From an uncultured delta proteobacterium (GTDB taxonomy: Bacteria; Desulfobacterota; SM23-61): a DNA stretch of 64,000 nucleotides. Each line of letters starts with the position of its first letter. Positions within the stretch are counted from its first letter, which is position 1. The notes below the pieces were generated by a model that saw nothing but the letters and a program-made list of their open reading frames with translations, was not told where the DNA came from and searched no databases. The DNA is taken from the NCBI GenBank assembly GCA_963760605.1, contig CAVXFA010000040.1, forward strand, positions 16,970 to 80,969. Direction: 5' to 3'. Below are positions 28,765-40,641 of this stretch, piece by piece. The position numbers were made by a program, and so were the translations under genes.

Positions 28765-30018
28765 TCAAACGATCGGGGTGAACTGCAAAGAACCATTAGG
28801 GAATATAGCAGCAAGCTGACCTGATCCCCCTCCTTTTGATTCTTTCAAGATCTCTTCCCAGGCGTTTCGAATCATGACATTCTTAGGATACCTTGTGTAA
28901 AGGTCGGAAGGAGAGCAATTGGGCGATAAAACAAAGACCTTGCGGCCTTTAAAAATTTCAGCGATTTCCTTTCTCTGGTCCACCTGGCGATACAGGCGCA
29001 TCCCCATATCCACCAAGGAATGGAAGCCCAGACCGTCAGAGCTTGCCGTGGCGATAACCACGGTTCCCCCTTCTCTGACGATCCGGCGGCTCATGTTTCC
29101 GGTCCAAACGTTGAGGGCCTTTTGAGCCTGCACCAATTCCGTATCTTCGGGGAAGGCGTTGAAGATGCCCATGTCCACATCCGTGGGAGCCTCGGTCACG
29201 TACACTCTCCTGGCCAGTTCCACGGCCGCCCGGTGGGCTTGAACCAGGTCCCCCACAAAAACGCCCGCGGTCTTACCCTCGGAAGTGCCGACGGAATTCA
29301 CGATGATGCTCAAACCAGCCATCCTGGCCCCTTCCTCCATATCCAACCGGAGTTCGTTTGTATTCAAATCGTATCCCTGGGAGAACCCAGTGCCCCCAAT
29401 CTTTCCCATGAGAGCAGGGGTGTGGTTTTTCTCGATCGTCTCCATGCTTCCCAGTCCCGGGATTACAATCTTGCCTCCGCCGCCAAAGCCCGCGTTGGGG
29501 TGGGGGGTGATGAAGCCGACCCCGATCTTTACATCTGCTTCCACAAAATGCCGGTTGATCTGCACCGGGGTTCCTCTGGAAGTGGTGCCGACATTTACCA
29601 GGTTCTCATAAGGATGATGGTTAAAAACGGAAAGGCGATTGGCCATTTTTTTCCCTAACTTTTTTTCTTGGTCGTTTTTCATCAAAGGACGGTGGCACCC
29701 GATGGCCAAGACGATCTTAATATCTTCATCTTTGATTCCACCTCTGTTCAATTCCTCCACGATGAACGGCAAGAAGCGGTAGGCCTGGGTGGGTCGCGTT
29801 AGGTCATCCACGGCAATGGCCGCTGTTTTCTTCCCCTCGGCCATCTTGCGGATCGTTTCCTGCCCCATAGGGTTGGCGAATGCCTGCCGGATGGCGGTCT
29901 GACTAACATCCGGTCCATCGGCCATGGAGGCCATGATTAACTTCCAATTTTTGGGAAACGTTAAAGAGAGTCCTTTATTTTTGCGCCAAGAACCCCATGG
30001 AATCATAACCGACTTCAT
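28765..30018 (-). CDS. LarA-like (lactate-racemase N-terminal domain, DUF2088) protein
   Basis: About 418 aa; conserved LarA-family blocks (DDLTRPT, IGCHRP, GFITPHPNAGFGGGGK, HS). The specific substrate cannot be inferred. Confidence 0.75.
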   Translation of the reverse strand: MKSVMIPWGSWRKNKGLSLTFPKNWKLIMASMADGPDVSQTAIRQAFANPMGQETIRKMAEGKKTAAIAVDDLTRPTQAYRFLPFIVEELNRGGIKDEDIKIVLAIGCHRPLMKNDQEKKLGKKMANRLSVFNHHPYENLVNVGTTSRGTPVQINRHFVEADVKIGVGFITPHPNAGFGGGGKIVIPGLGSMETIEKNHTPALMGKIGGTGFSQGYDLNTNELRLDMEEGARMAGLSIIVNSVGTSEGKTAGVFVGDLVQAHRAAVELARRVYVTEAPTDVDMGIFNAFPEDTELVQAQKALNVWTGNMSRRIVREGGTVVIATASSDGLGFHSLVDMGMRLYRQVDQRKEIAEIFKGRKVFVLSPNCSPSDLYTRYPKNVMIRNAWEEILKESKGGGSGQLAAIFPNGSLQFTPIV

Positions 30019-30315
30019 GCTTTTGCCCTCCTTATACTTAGATCTAAATTCGCTTTTTAGCATGGCCCTTGGGTGCCCCTCACTCTCCCTTGGGCGCCAT
30101 CAAACCAATTCTGCTCTGCCAGAACTACAAATAAATCAAGATAGCACAATCTGGGTTTTCCGAAAAGGCATTGAAAGAGAAGGGGAGCCTCATCTGCTCA
30201 TGGATCAGGCGGAGTGGCCGCTTAGCGACCCGCACCTCTTTAAACTCAGGAAGTTTGAAGGCTCAGACTCCTCTTTTTCTCAATTGGCCATCCGCGATTC
30301 GGCGAAGGGGGGCGT

Positions 30316-31227
30316 TCACGGAAAGAACAGCTCGATGGTTTCCTGAATCGCGGATACATCATAAACAATCCCCAGTCCAGCGAATGTTGGAAACATATGG
30401 TCTTCCACTCGGAGTGTGGCCGTTTCAGAAGCAGAAACAATCCCCAAGAGATAGGGCGGGGCGATTTCCATGACGATTTTCTCCCCTACCGTCCGGCCGA
30501 TGATAGGTTTCAGAATCACCGGACTTCCACTCGACCCCGGGACAATCGCGGCGTCCACCAGGAACCCGGGAATTTCTATGGGCTTGGATTCCCCCGACGG
30601 CAAGCGCATCCGGATTTGAATCCGTTCCCCAATTTTGGTGGCGATGATTCCCTGGCGTACAAGGGGAGAGTGCCTGCGGGCGTGATAAAGACCCAGGGGA
30701 TAGCCGATAATAAATACTTCATCGCCTTCCGTAATGTTCTCTTTCTTCAGGACATCGGGAAACCCGAATAGGGAATAATCCGCCCCCCTATTTTCGATCC
30801 TGGGATTGCTGTTGACCAGGTCCGTAACATCCACCGTGAATACATCCACGTCTGGATGGGGATGTTCCCGCCAGAGCCGTTGCCCATTTTCGACGAGCGG
30901 CGTGCGAAACGAGGCCCCGGAAATCCGGCCATCTTCTTCCCGGACATTCAGGTAGAGCGTCAGAAAAAGGGCGTCCATCCGCCTCTGCGGGTCCGCATGG
31001 ATCACATGCTTATTGGTGACCAGAAAAACTTTACCCTCTCTCTCATTCATTTTTCTGATTACGAGAAAGCCCGTGCCGCCCTTGCCCCACTCGTTCTCAA
31101 CCCGCACGGTCGCATGGACCCAATTGAGGGAAATCGGTGAAGGGATGGCCTTTTCGTCAGCCCCGAGGATGACAGCCACCCAGAGAGCGCAGACCAAGCC
31201 GCAAAAGGTAACCCATCGGCCCCTCAC
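30316..31227 (-). CDS. Secreted trypsin-like (S1/chymotrypsin-fold) serine protease
   Basis: 303 aa; signal peptide; His region TNKHVI and catalytic Ser motif GSSGSPV. Confidence 0.8.
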   Translation of the reverse strand: MRGRWVTFCGLVCALWVAVILGADEKAIPSPISLNWVHATVRVENEWGKGGTGFLVIRKMNEREGKVFLVTNKHVIHADPQRRMDALFLTLYLNVREEDGRISGASFRTPLVENGQRLWREHPHPDVDVFTVDVTDLVNSNPRIENRGADYSLFGFPDVLKKENITEGDEVFIIGYPLGLYHARRHSPLVRQGIIATKIGERIQIRMRLPSGESKPIEIPGFLVDAAIVPGSSGSPVILKPIIGRTVGEKIVMEIAPPYLLGIVSASETATLRVEDHMFPTFAGLGIVYDVSAIQETIELFFP

Positions 31228-31242
31228 AATCCTCCACCTCCT

Positions 31243-34135
31243 TTACGCCGGGATCCCAGGGGAATCGCCGAGGCGCGGAGAAAATTTATTTTCTTTAGGT
31301 TCCATGCGAGCGCGGTCCCGGGCAAAGATCTTCTGCAGAAACTGGCCAGTGTAGGAGAAGGGAATATTCGCGATTTCCTCGGGAGTCCCCTCGGCGATGA
31401 TCTCCCCTCCGGCATCCCCGCCCTCGGGGCCAAGGTCAACGACGTGGTCGGCGGTTTTGATCACTTCTAAATTGTGCTCGATGACGATCACGGTGTTCCC
31501 GGATTCGGTCAGGCGGTTTAGGACATCCAGGAGCTTGCGGATGTCGTCGAAGTGCAGGCCGGTGGTGGGTTCATCCAAGATGTATACGGTCCTCCCGGTA
31601 GAACGTTTGGAGAGCTCCCTGGAGAGCTTGACCCGCTGGGCTTCGCCACCCGAGAGGGTCGTCGCTTGCTGCCCCAGCTTGATGTAGCCCATGCCCACAT
31701 CGGCCAGGGTCTGAAGCTTCCTCCGGATTTTGGGGATGTGTTCGAAGAACTCCAGCGCTTGGTCAACGGTCATGTCCAGAATATCCCAGATGCTCTTCCC
31801 TTTATACTGGACCTCCAGCGTCTCCCGGTTGTAGCGTTTACCCCGGCAGACTTCACAGGTCACGAAAATATCGGGCAAAAAGTGCATCTCGATTTTGATG
31901 ATTCCATCGCCCCCGCAGGCCTCGCATCGCCCGCCTTTGACGTTAAAGCTATAGCGCCCCGGAAGGTATCCACGGGCCCGCGATTCCGGGAGTTGGGCGA
32001 AGAGTTCCCGGATGTAAGTGAAGACCCCCGTATAGGTGGCGGGATTCGAGCGCGGGGTGCGACCGATAGGGGATTGGTCAATTTCGATCACCTTATCGAC
32101 CTCTGAGGTCCCCTGCAGCTCCCGCACCTTCCCGGGCCTTTCTTTAGCATGATAGATCTTCTGGGCCAGCGCCCGGTAGAGAGTGTCCAGAATTAAGGTA
32201 CTTTTCCCAGAACCCGAGACTCCCGTCACGCAGGTAAAAAGCCCCAGAGGAATTTTTACGGTGATGTTCTTCAGGTTGTTTTCGCTGGCCCTGAATCAGG
32301 GTTAGATATTTTCCTTTGGGCTTTCTGCGCAACCTGGGGGTGGGAATATTCAACCGTCCGGACAGGTACTGGCCGGTGAGAGAATTTTCTGCCCGCAGCA
32401 TTTCTTGCGGGGTCCCATGAAAGACGACCCTCCCCCCGTTGACTCCTGCTCCCGGACCCAGGTCCAGGACATAATCTGCATTCCAAATCGTTTCTTCATC
32501 GTGCTCCACGACCAGGATGGTGTTACCCAGATCTCTAAGCCGTTTCAATGTAGACAGGAGGCGGGCGTTGTCCCGCTGGTGCAAACCGATGCTGGGCTCG
32601 TCCAGGATGTAGAGCACGCCGACCAGCCCAGACCCGATCTGCGTGGCCAGCCGGATGCGTTCCGATTCCCCGCCGGATAACGTCGCCGAAGAGCGGCTCA
32701 GAGTCAGGTAGTCCAACCCGACATCGACCAGGAACCCCAAACGCTCGGAGATTTCTTTCAGCACCCGGCGGGCGATTTCCCGCTCCCGGGCCGAGAGGTC
32801 CAGAGTAGAAAAGAAATCCCTGGCTTCGCGGATGGATTTCTGCGTGACCTGGTGCAGGTTTAACCCGTTGATCTTGACGAAAAGGCTCTCCTTCCGCAGC
32901 CGGGCGCCCTGGCACATCGGGCAGGGCCGGATATTCATGGACCTCTCCATTTCCTCGCGGATGATCTCCGAATCCGTCTCCCGATACCGCCGTTCCAGAT
33001 TGGGAATGACCCCCTCAAATTCCCGGAAATAAAAGTGCCGCCGGTCGTCCCGGTCGGTATAAAACTTAATCTGTTCTCCATTGGACCCGTAGAGAATGAC
33101 CTTCTGCACCTGCGGAGACAGGGTCTTGAAAGGAGCATAGAGGTCGATGTGGTAATGCTCGGCCAGAGAATCGAGGGTTTGATAGAAGTGCATCGAGCTC
33201 CGCCCTTGCCAGGGAATGACTGCTCCTTCTCGGATGGAGAGGTCTTTATTGGGGACGATCAAATCCGGGTCGAAGTACATCTTCGTCCCCAGGCCGTCGC
33301 ATTCTGGGCAGGCCCCATAAGGATTATTGAAGGAGAACATTCGCGGGCTGATCTCAGGGTAGCTGATCCCGCAATTCACGCAGGCGAACTTTTCGCTGAA
33401 GACCAATTCTTCTCCCCCCACCACTTCCACTTTGGCAATCCCAGCGGAAAGTCCGAGGGCCGTGGCCAGAGAGTCGGCTAAACGTTTCTCCGCCTTCTCT
33501 TTGACCACCAGGCGGTCCACGAGGACCTCGAGGGTGTGCTTTTTGTTCTTATCTAGAATGATCTCTTCGCTCAGGTCCCGGATCGCCCCATCTACTTTAA
33601 CCCGGGCGTACCCGCTTTTGCGCAGGTGATCAAACTCCTTGCGGTATTCCCCTTTGCGTCCCCGGATGATCGGAGAGAGAATCTGCAGCCGCGTCCCGGG
33701 TGCCAGAGCCATGACTTGGTCCACGATCTGCTGGACCGTTTGGGACTTGATCTCTTGGCCACACTGGAAGCAGTGGGGCCGGCCGATCCGGGCGAAGAGC
33801 AGACGGAGGTAATCGTGGATTTCGGTGATGGTTCCCACGGTGGAACGCGGGTTTTTAGAGGTCGTCTTTTGCTCGATGGAAATAGCCGGAGAAAGCCCCT
33901 CAATCGTGTCCACGTCCGGCTTCTCCATCTGCTCCAAAAACTGTCGGGCATAGGCCGAAAGGGATTCCACATAGCGCCGTTGCCCTTCGGCGTAAATCGT
34001 GTCGAAGGCCAAGGAGGACTTGCCGGAACCCGAGAGGCCGGTGATCACCACGAGCTTGTCCCGGGGAATTTCCACGTGGATATTTTTCAGGTTGTGTTCA
34101 CGGGCACCGCGAACGATGATTTTATCGGAAGCCAT
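31243..34135 (-). pseudogene. uvrA: Excinuclease ABC subunit A (uvrA) interrupted by a 1-bp frameshift near 32283-32292
   Basis: Two overlapping minus-strand ORFs (32144-34135 N-terminal part, 31243-32229 C-terminal part). Around the junction the conserved ...[35 protein letters not shown] sequence is recovered only by changing frame. Could be a real pseudogene or an indel error. Confidence 0.85.
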
Positions 34136-34153
34136 GGGTTGAAAATGCCAAAA

Positions 34154-35230
34154 TCATTCTGATCCACCCTTCCTCCGGCCCTCTCCCATAAGGGAGAGGG
34201 GAAGGGGGGATTTTGGTTTTAACTCCTTGATTCCAGCCATGCGCGCGGCCAACCGGATGGCCTCTACCATGGAACTGGGATTCGCCATACCTTTGCCCGC
34301 GATGTCGTAGGCCACTCCGTGGTCCACGGAAGTGCGGACAAAAGGAAGGCCCAGGGTGACGTTCACCGCGGTATCGAAATGGAGAAGCTTCAGAGGAATC
34401 AAACCCTGGTCGTGATACATGCAAACCACGGCATCGAATTCACCCTGCTGAGCGCGGTGGAACAGAGAGTCAGCCGGCCAGGGGCCGGAAACGCAAAGAC
34501 CCTGATCGCGGGCGCTTTGGACAGCCCGGGAAATGATCCCCTCTTCTTCCCCGAACAGTCCCCCCTCGCCCGCGTGGGGATTAAGGGCAGCCACAGCCAT
34601 CCGAGGCGGGCGCAGATTGAAATAAGCCTGCAATCCCCTGCCGGTGATTTCGATGACGGAAAGAATCTTCCTTTCCTGTAAAAGTTTGGCAACGGCCCCG
34701 AGGGGAATGTGGGTGGTTACGAATGCTACTTTCAGCCGTTCTCCGGCTACCATCATGACGAATTCCCTCGTTCCGGAAATTTCTGCCAGGTATTCGGTGT
34801 GTCCTCGGAAAGGAATCCCTGCCCCATGAATCGCCTCTTTGCTCACGGGGGCAGTAACGATGGCTTCTACTTTCCCCTCTAAAGCCATTCTTCCCGCCAT
34901 CTCCACATAGGCAAAAGAAGCGCGTGAGCTTTCCTGGGGAGAAATTTCGCCGGGACCCTTGTCCGGGGGTAGATGGGACAGCGGCAGGACGGGCAACACT
35001 CCAGGCCGGAACTCCTGGGGTCCTTCCTCGACCCCTACCACCCCCAGCCCTAAACCCATGCGGGCGACGGTCCGGGAGAGAACATTCACATCTCCCAGAA
35101 TCAGGGGTCTACAAACGTCGTGCAGAGAGGCGCGGGCCAAAGCTTGGGCAACCACTTCTGGCCCGATTCCCCGGGGATCCCCCATGGTAATGGCGATCTT
35201 AGGTTTGGGGTCTTTTTGTTTAGCCGTCAT
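34154..35230 (-). CDS. pdxA: 4-hydroxythreonine-4-phosphate dehydrogenase PdxA
   Basis: 358 aa; PdxA blocks (IAITMGDPRGIGPEV, HTEYL, NPHAGE). Confidence 0.9.
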   Translation of the reverse strand: MTAKQKDPKPKIAITMGDPRGIGPEVVAQALARASLHDVCRPLILGDVNVLSRTVARMGLGLGVVGVEEGPQEFRPGVLPVLPLSHLPPDKGPGEISPQESSRASFAYVEMAGRMALEGKVEAIVTAPVSKEAIHGAGIPFRGHTEYLAEISGTREFVMMVAGERLKVAFVTTHIPLGAVAKLLQERKILSVIEITGRGLQAYFNLRPPRMAVAALNPHAGEGGLFGEEEGIISRAVQSARDQGLCVSGPWPADSLFHRAQQGEFDAVVCMYHDQGLIPLKLLHFDTAVNVTLGLPFVRTSVDHGVAYDIAGKGMANPSSMVEAIRLAARMAGIKELKPKSPLPLSLMGEGRRKGGSE

Positions 35231-35297
35231 CTATAAAAATCCAATCGCAAAACTCAAAAGCAAATTTTGGATTTTGCTTCTTAGATTTTGCTTTTTC

Positions 35298-36278
35298 CTA
35301 TTGCAGCCTCACCTCGATGTAGGCCTTGGCTCTCAGGGCTTTCATCCATTCTCTGAATTGCCTCTCGCCCTCAGCCTGTACCATTTCATCGCGAATTTTG
35401 TCCTGGACTTCAGCGAAAGGCTTGGGCTCTCCGCCCTTCCGCTCCATGACCCGCAGGATATGAAAACCCTCCGGACTCTTGACGAGATCACTCAATTCCC
35501 CGGGTTTCAATTTGAAGGTCGCTTCCTCCAGCTCGGGCCTCAGTTCTTTGGGTTTGAAAAAACCTAGAACCCCCCCTTCACTGGCTTCTGGCCCCTTAGA
35601 ATAAGTTAGGGCCAGTTGAGCAAAGTCCTCCCCTTGGCGAGCCTTTCCCAGGATGGATTGAGCTTCTTTGCGGATGGTTGTAATTTGCTCTTCCGTGGCC
35701 CACTGGGGAATGGGTAAGAAAATCTGCTGCACCTTCACTTCCAACGGATCGGTGTATCCTTTTAAGTCCTGGCTATAGGTTTTCCTCAGGTCTTCTTCTT
35801 TGATGACAATCTTGGATTTGATTTCCCGGTTGATCAGATGCATTTTTCCGAGGCTCTCGCGGACCCGCTGCCGATAATGGGAATAAGTCAGGCCATCTTT
35901 GGCCAGAGCCTTCTTCAGCTCATTCTCTGTGATGTGATTGTGGTTCATGACGTCTTGGATCGCCGCGTCCACCTCCCGTTCCGGGACCTCAATTTTCTTG
36001 CTCCGGATCTCCTGGTCCAAAAGCTTGTTCTCAATCAATTGGTCCAGGACCGCCTTCCGGACTTCTCCCAGTTTCTCCTCTCGCTCCGATGGAGAGGTGG
36101 ACCGCTGCACCTGATCAAAGATCTGTCTGCCCTCTTCCTCTAACTCCGAGAGGGTGACGACCTCGGTATTTACCAAAGCCACGATTCGCTCCACCACTTC
36201 ACCCCGGGTGCCCCCCAGGGAAAAGAAGAGTAGCCCCGCCATTAGATAGGGAATGATTTTCTCGATCGCAGTTTTCAT
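35298..36278 (-). CDS. surA: Periplasmic chaperone/peptidyl-prolyl isomerase SurA-like
   Basis: Signal-anchor N-terminus, SurA N-domain and a PpiC-type parvulin domain; conserved surA-pdxA adjacency. Confidence 0.8.
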   Translation of the reverse strand: MKTAIEKIIPYLMAGLLFFSLGGTRGEVVERIVALVNTEVVTLSELEEEGRQIFDQVQRSTSPSEREEKLGEVRKAVLDQLIENKLLDQEIRSKKIEVPEREVDAAIQDVMNHNHITENELKKALAKDGLTYSHYRQRVRESLGKMHLINREIKSKIVIKEEDLRKTYSQDLKGYTDPLEVKVQQIFLPIPQWATEEQITTIRKEAQSILGKARQGEDFAQLALTYSKGPEASEGGVLGFFKPKELRPELEEATFKLKPGELSDLVKSPEGFHILRVMERKGGEPKPFAEVQDKIRDEMVQAEGERQFREWMKALRAKAYIEVRLQ

Positions 36279-36327
36279 CCGCCTATTTTCCCATCTGGAA
36301 AGTTCTACAAAATGTTGTGCGGCGAAG

Positions 36328-39300
36328 TTAAATTTTAATATTAACATCTCCGAGAATCTCCATCAATAGCTTTTTGGTCTCTCTAACCAGGCCACTCCAT
36401 CCTTTTTCTGCCAGACGAACCTTCAAGCGCCCATCGGGCGTGAACTCATGCTTCCCCTTGGCCTGGGCAACTACGGCCACCAGCCGCGCGGGATCCACCG
36501 GGGAATGGGAGTCAAAGGCCAGGACCACCTTTTCCTTTTCCGTAGATACACGTCTGACTCCTCCCTTCTTCAAAAGCAGCTTCAGATTCATGACCTCAAG
36601 GAGGTTTTCCAGGACCGGAGGAATTGGACCGTACCGATCCCGTAGCTCTTCGGCGATTTCTTCCACTTCTTCCTCGGACCGGGCCGTAGAGAAGCGCCGA
36701 TAAAAAACCAGCCGCTGGTTGATATCTTCCATATAATCCCCGGGGATGAAGGCCGGAATGGGTAGATCGATCTCCGGTTCGACCTCCTCTACCACCTCTT
36801 CTCCTTTCAATTCCTGGACCGCTCGTTCCAAAATCTGCAGGTACATGTCATACCCCACGGCGGCAATATGCCCGGATTGGGCATCCCCCAGGAGAGCTCC
36901 CGCGCCCCGGATCTCCAAGTCATGCATGGCCAGCTTCAGCCCGGAACCCAACTCGCTAACCTCCTGGAGGGCCTCCAGCCTCTTGCGAGCATCTGACCCC
37001 ATTACGGAAAGACCAGGGACCAAAAGATAGGCATAGGCTCTCTCCTTCGAACGTCCCACCCGTCCCCGCAGCTGATACATCTGGGCCAATCCCAATTTAT
37101 CCGCCCGGTTGATAATAATGGTATTCGCCGAGGGAAAGTCCAGCCCGGATTCGATGATGGTGGTGGTCAGCAGCAGATCGACCTCTTTCTTGACAAAAGC
37201 CAGCATGACCCGTTCCAGGTCTCGCTCAGGCATCTGTCCATGGGCGATGGCCAGGCGGGCCTCGGGAACTAATTTCCGCAAAAATCGTTCCATGGCAGCG
37301 ATGGATTGCACCCGATTGTGCACGAAGAAGACCTGGCCTCCACGCCGGAGCTCGCGGCGAATGGCGTCTCGGATCACTTCTTCATCAAACTCGGTGACGT
37401 AGGTGCGGATGGACAGTCGATCTTCCGGCGGGGTTTCGATCACGCTCAGGTCCCGAATGCCCCCCAGAGACATCTGCAGGGTCCGGGGAATGGGTGTGGC
37501 CGTCAGCGTGAGCACATCCACGTTGAAACGCAGGCGCTTGATTTTCTCCTTGTGCTTCACCCCAAAACGATGTTCTTCATCCACGATCAGCAGGCCCGGA
37601 TCCTTGAAGGACACGTCCCTTTGCAACAGGCGGTGCGTGCCGATGACCAGGTCCACCTTTCCTGTGCGCAGGTCTTCTAAGACCTTCCGCTGCTCGGCCG
37701 GCGAAAGGAACCGGCTGAGCATTTCCACGCGAAAAGGATAGGGAGCAAAACGCCGGGAAAAAGTCTGGTAATGCTGCTGGGCCAATACCGTCGTGGGGAC
37801 CAGCAGGGCCACCTGCTTTCCATCCATCATGGCCCGGAAAGACGCCCGCAGGGCCACTTCGGTTTTGCCGAAGCCGACATCTCCGCAGACCAGCCGATCC
37901 ATGGGTTTCTCCCTCCCCATGTCCGCCTGTACATCTTCGATGGCCTTCATCTGATCCGGCGTTTCTTCGTATTCGAAGGAGGCTTCGAACTCTGGGAAGG
38001 TTTCGTCAACCGGCAAAAAGGCGTGCCCCTGGATGACCGCCCGAGTCGCGTAAAGCTTTACGAGCTCCTCGGCCAGCTCGCGCAATGAATTCTTCACCCG
38101 CTTCTTGGCCTTCTGCCAAGAGGTTCCGCCGAGTTTGTCGATCCGCGGCCCACCCTCTCCCCCCCCCACATATTTCTGAACCAAGTTCAGGCGATAAACG
38201 GGAAGATAAAGCTTATCCCCCCCCCGGTATTCGATGAGGAGAAAATCATGTTCCTCCGCCCCCAGCTTAAGCTTCAGCAAACCCCGATAGATTCCGATGC
38301 CATGGTCGGCATGGACGACATAGTCGTCCACCTGAAGCTCGCTGAAGGCGGCCAGGGCATGGTCTTTCAGGGGGGCAGCCGGTCGTTTTCTCGGACGTTT
38401 CTCGCCGAAGAGCTCGCTCTCGGTAATGAGCGCCAGCCCGGCTTGCCGGAAGATAAATCCGCGGGAGAGATTTCCGATGAAAAGGGTCACATTCCATCCT
38501 GCGGAATCGGCGGGAGTCCAGGAGGAAAATGTTTTGCTAAGGATCTGTACGCTGAGTCCATGATTTTCGAGCATCTCCCCCAGTCGTTGGGCCGAGCGCA
38601 TGCTGGAACAGGTGAGAACCGTGGACACTCCTTTTTCCTCCCCGGAGCGAATGCGTTGCGCAAGGAGCTGCAAAATTCCTTCTTCGGATTTGGAAGAGAG
38701 AAGCTCGGAGCGTAAGCGCTCATTCGATTCCGTCCCCAGGCGCAATCGAGGCTCTTCCCCCTCCACTTCCAACCCCTGCAACGCCACCCGCGGGAGGACT
38801 CCACTCCCCCGGGCAAACTCCTCTGGGGATAGATAAAGCTCTCTGGGGGCCGGCCAGAACTCCCCTCTCCCAGAAGCATGTTGCCAGGCCTCTTCGGCCT
38901 CTTCCCAGAAATGAGTCAAGCTCTCCTCCAGCTCAGGGGGCTCTGCGAGAAAAATCACGGTTTGCGGGGAAAGATAATCGAAGAAACTTTCCAGCGAGGG
39001 ATAAAAATAGGGCTGGTAAAATTCTACAGCCGGGAAGGGGATGCCCTGCTGTACCTTTTCCAGGAGTTCCTCTGCTGATTCCCGCAAAGCCGGCGCGGCC
39101 GGAAGATGGGCCCCGAGTTTCTGAATGGCCTGCTCGATGAATTCGGGAAAAAACAAAACTTCCTTAACCGGCAGGATCCCCACCCGCTCTAAAGGCTCCG
39201 AGGAGCGCTGACTGTCCGGATCAAAGGCCCGCACCGATTCCACCCGATCCCCAGAGAATTCTACCCGTAGAGGAGCGGTGGCGGAGGGAGAAAAGACATC

Positions 39301-39840
39301 GATCAGGTGGCCGCGTACCGCAAACTCCCCCACTTCTGTGACCAGACTGACGCGGCCATAGCCCATTCCTTCCAGCCGAGCGATTAGCTCTTCCCGCTGG
39401 AATTCCTGGTCCGGGGAAATCGAAAAAGCCCATCGCTGGAGAACCTCCCGGGGAGGAACTCTCTGGATCACCGCTCTCAAAGAAGCCACCACGACTCCAG
39501 GGACAGGATCGGAAATCAGTTGGTACATTCCTTTCCATCGCTCTCCCATTACTTCGGATGGCGGTGAAATTTTTTCGAAAGGGGCGATCTCCCAGCTCGG
39601 GTAAAGGAGCACCCTCTGGCCGGGCTGGATGAAAAAGAGAAGTTCTTGGAAGAAGCGTTCTGCTTTCTCTTCGTTGGCGGTCAGGACAACCAGAGGACAA
39701 GGGATCTGGAGGGCCGCCTGAGAGATCAAGTAGGCCGCCGAGGACCCTTTCAAGCCATGGATTCTAAACCAGGGTCCCCGGGTTTCGATAAAATCAAAGA
39801 GGGCCTGGAAGGGAGAATTTTTATCAAACTCCGGAATCAT
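36328..39840 (-). CDS. mfd: Transcription-repair coupling factor Mfd
   Basis: 1170 aa; UvrB-homology N-region; superfamily-2 helicase motifs ([26 protein letters not shown]); TRCF C-terminal domain. Confidence 0.95.
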   Translation of the reverse strand: MIPEFDKNSPFQALFDFIETRGPWFRIHGLKGSSAAYLISQAALQIPCPLVVLTANEEKAERFFQELLFFIQPGQRVLLYPSWEIAPFEKISPPSEVMGERWKGMYQLISDPVPGVVVASLRAVIQRVPPREVLQRWAFSISPDQEFQREELIARLEGMGYGRVSLVTEVGEFAVRGHLIDVFSPSATAPLRVEFSGDRVESVRAFDPDSQRSSEPLERVGILPVKEVLFFPEFIEQAIQKLGAHLPAAPALRESAEELLEKVQQGIPFPAVEFYQPYFYPSLESFFDYLSPQTVIFLAEPPELEESLTHFWEEAEEAWQHASGRGEFWPAPRELYLSPEEFARGSGVLPRVALQGLEVEGEEPRLRLGTESNERLRSELLSSKSEEGILQLLAQRIRSGEEKGVSTVLTCSSMRSAQRLGEMLENHGLSVQILSKTFSSWTPADSAGWNVTLFIGNLSRGFIFRQAGLALITESELFGEKRPRKRPAAPLKDHALAAFSELQVDDYVVHADHGIGIYRGLLKLKLGAEEHDFLLIEYRGGDKLYLPVYRLNLVQKYVGGGEGGPRIDKLGGTSWQKAKKRVKNSLRELAEELVKLYATRAVIQGHAFLPVDETFPEFEASFEYEETPDQMKAIEDVQADMGREKPMDRLVCGDVGFGKTEVALRASFRAMMDGKQVALLVPTTVLAQQHYQTFSRRFAPYPFRVEMLSRFLSPAEQRKVLEDLRTGKVDLVIGTHRLLQRDVSFKDPGLLIVDEEHRFGVKHKEKIKRLRFNVDVLTLTATPIPRTLQMSLGGIRDLSVIETPPEDRLSIRTYVTEFDEEVIRDAIRRELRRGGQVFFVHNRVQSIAAMERFLRKLVPEARLAIAHGQMPERDLERVMLAFVKKEVDLLLTTTIIESGLDFPSANTIIINRADKLGLAQMYQLRGRVGRSKERAYAYLLVPGLSVMGSDARKRLEALQEVSELGSGLKLAMHDLEIRGAGALLGDAQSGHIAAVGYDMYLQILERAVQELKGEEVVEEVEPEIDLPIPAFIPGDYMEDINQRLVFYRRFSTARSEEEVEEIAEELRDRYGPIPPVLENLLEVMNLKLLLKKGGVRRVSTEKEKVVLAFDSHSPVDPARLVAVVAQAKGKHEFTPDGRLKVRLAEKGWSGLVRETKKLLMEILGDVNIKI

Positions 39841-39912
39841 GGACAGCCTCGCCCAGCGAAACTCTCACCCCCTCTCTGGTTCTGACGCCGGACCCCTTGG
39901 CTCACTCTCACG

Positions 39913-40641
39913 TCAACCAGGGAACCACCGACCCAGCACTTCATTCAGAAAGGCGAAAGAATTGGTCAGCAATAGGACTCCCACGAGGATCAATAGGAAC
40001 CCGCCTACCTTGGTAAACACCCCAATGTATCCGCGGGCTTTCTGAAAAGTGGCGAGGAAGGTATTCAGGGCCAAAGAGCAAGCCAGGAAAGGAAGTCCCA
40101 GCCCCAACGAATAGAAAAGCAGAAGCAAGATTCCCGAACGCATGTCTTCGGCCGTGCTGGCATAAAGCAGGATGGAGGAGAGGATTGGACCCACGCAGGG
40201 GGTCCAACCAGCGGCAAAGGTCACGCCAACCAGGAAGGAACCCAGGTAGCCCAAGGGTTTATCGCGGAGATGAAATCTCTTCTCTCGCTGCAAGAAACCA
40301 AAAGAGAAGATCCCGCTCATGAAAAGCCCAAAGAGGATAATCAGAATTCCGCCCGCGATCCGGATCGTATCCCGGTGGGCAGCCAGAAATTGGCCCAGCA
40401 GCGTGGCCGACGCTCCGAGGATGGTGAAGAGGGTGCTGAACCCCAAGATGAAAAGCAGGGAATGACCGAGGATAAGCTGGCGCAGTTTCCGCCGGGGATG
40501 GTCAAGGGTAAGCTCTTCGAAGGATAGGCCCGTGATGAAGGCCACATAAGAAGGCAGCAAGGGTAAGACGCAGGGGGAGAGGAAAGAAAGCAGCCCAGCG
40601 GCGAAAGCCAAGTAAAGGGAAAGATCCTGAGTTCCGCTCAT
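39913..40641 (-). CDS. ccdA: Cytochrome c-type biogenesis/thiol-disulfide transporter CcdA (DsbD-core family)
   Basis: 242 aa; 6 TM helices with the two conserved Cys (SPCVLPLLP, WTPCVGP). Confidence 0.85.
   Translation of the reverse strand: MSGTQDLSLYLAFAAGLLSFLSPCVLPLLPSYVAFITGLSFEELTLDHPRRKLRQLILGHSLLFILGFSTLFTILGASATLLGQFLAAHRDTIRIAGGILIILFGLFMSGIFSFGFLQREKRFHLRDKPLGYLGSFLVGVTFAAGWTPCVGPILSSILLYASTAEDMRSGILLLLFYSLGLGLPFLACSLALNTFLATFQKARGYIGVFTKVGGFLLILVGVLLLTNSFAFLNEVLGRWFPG

Noticed and set aside
30397-31140. Plus-strand ORFs 30397-30771 and 30856-31140 opposite the serine protease gene
   Set aside because: Antisense shadows. The protease frame carries the GSSGSPV catalytic motif and a signal peptide.
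36374-39885. Numerous 60-160-aa ORFs on both strands within mfd (e.g. 36374-36703+, 38248-38715+, 39221-39700-)
   Set aside because: All are embedded in the 1170-aa Mfd frame, which carries unambiguous helicase and TRCF motifs.
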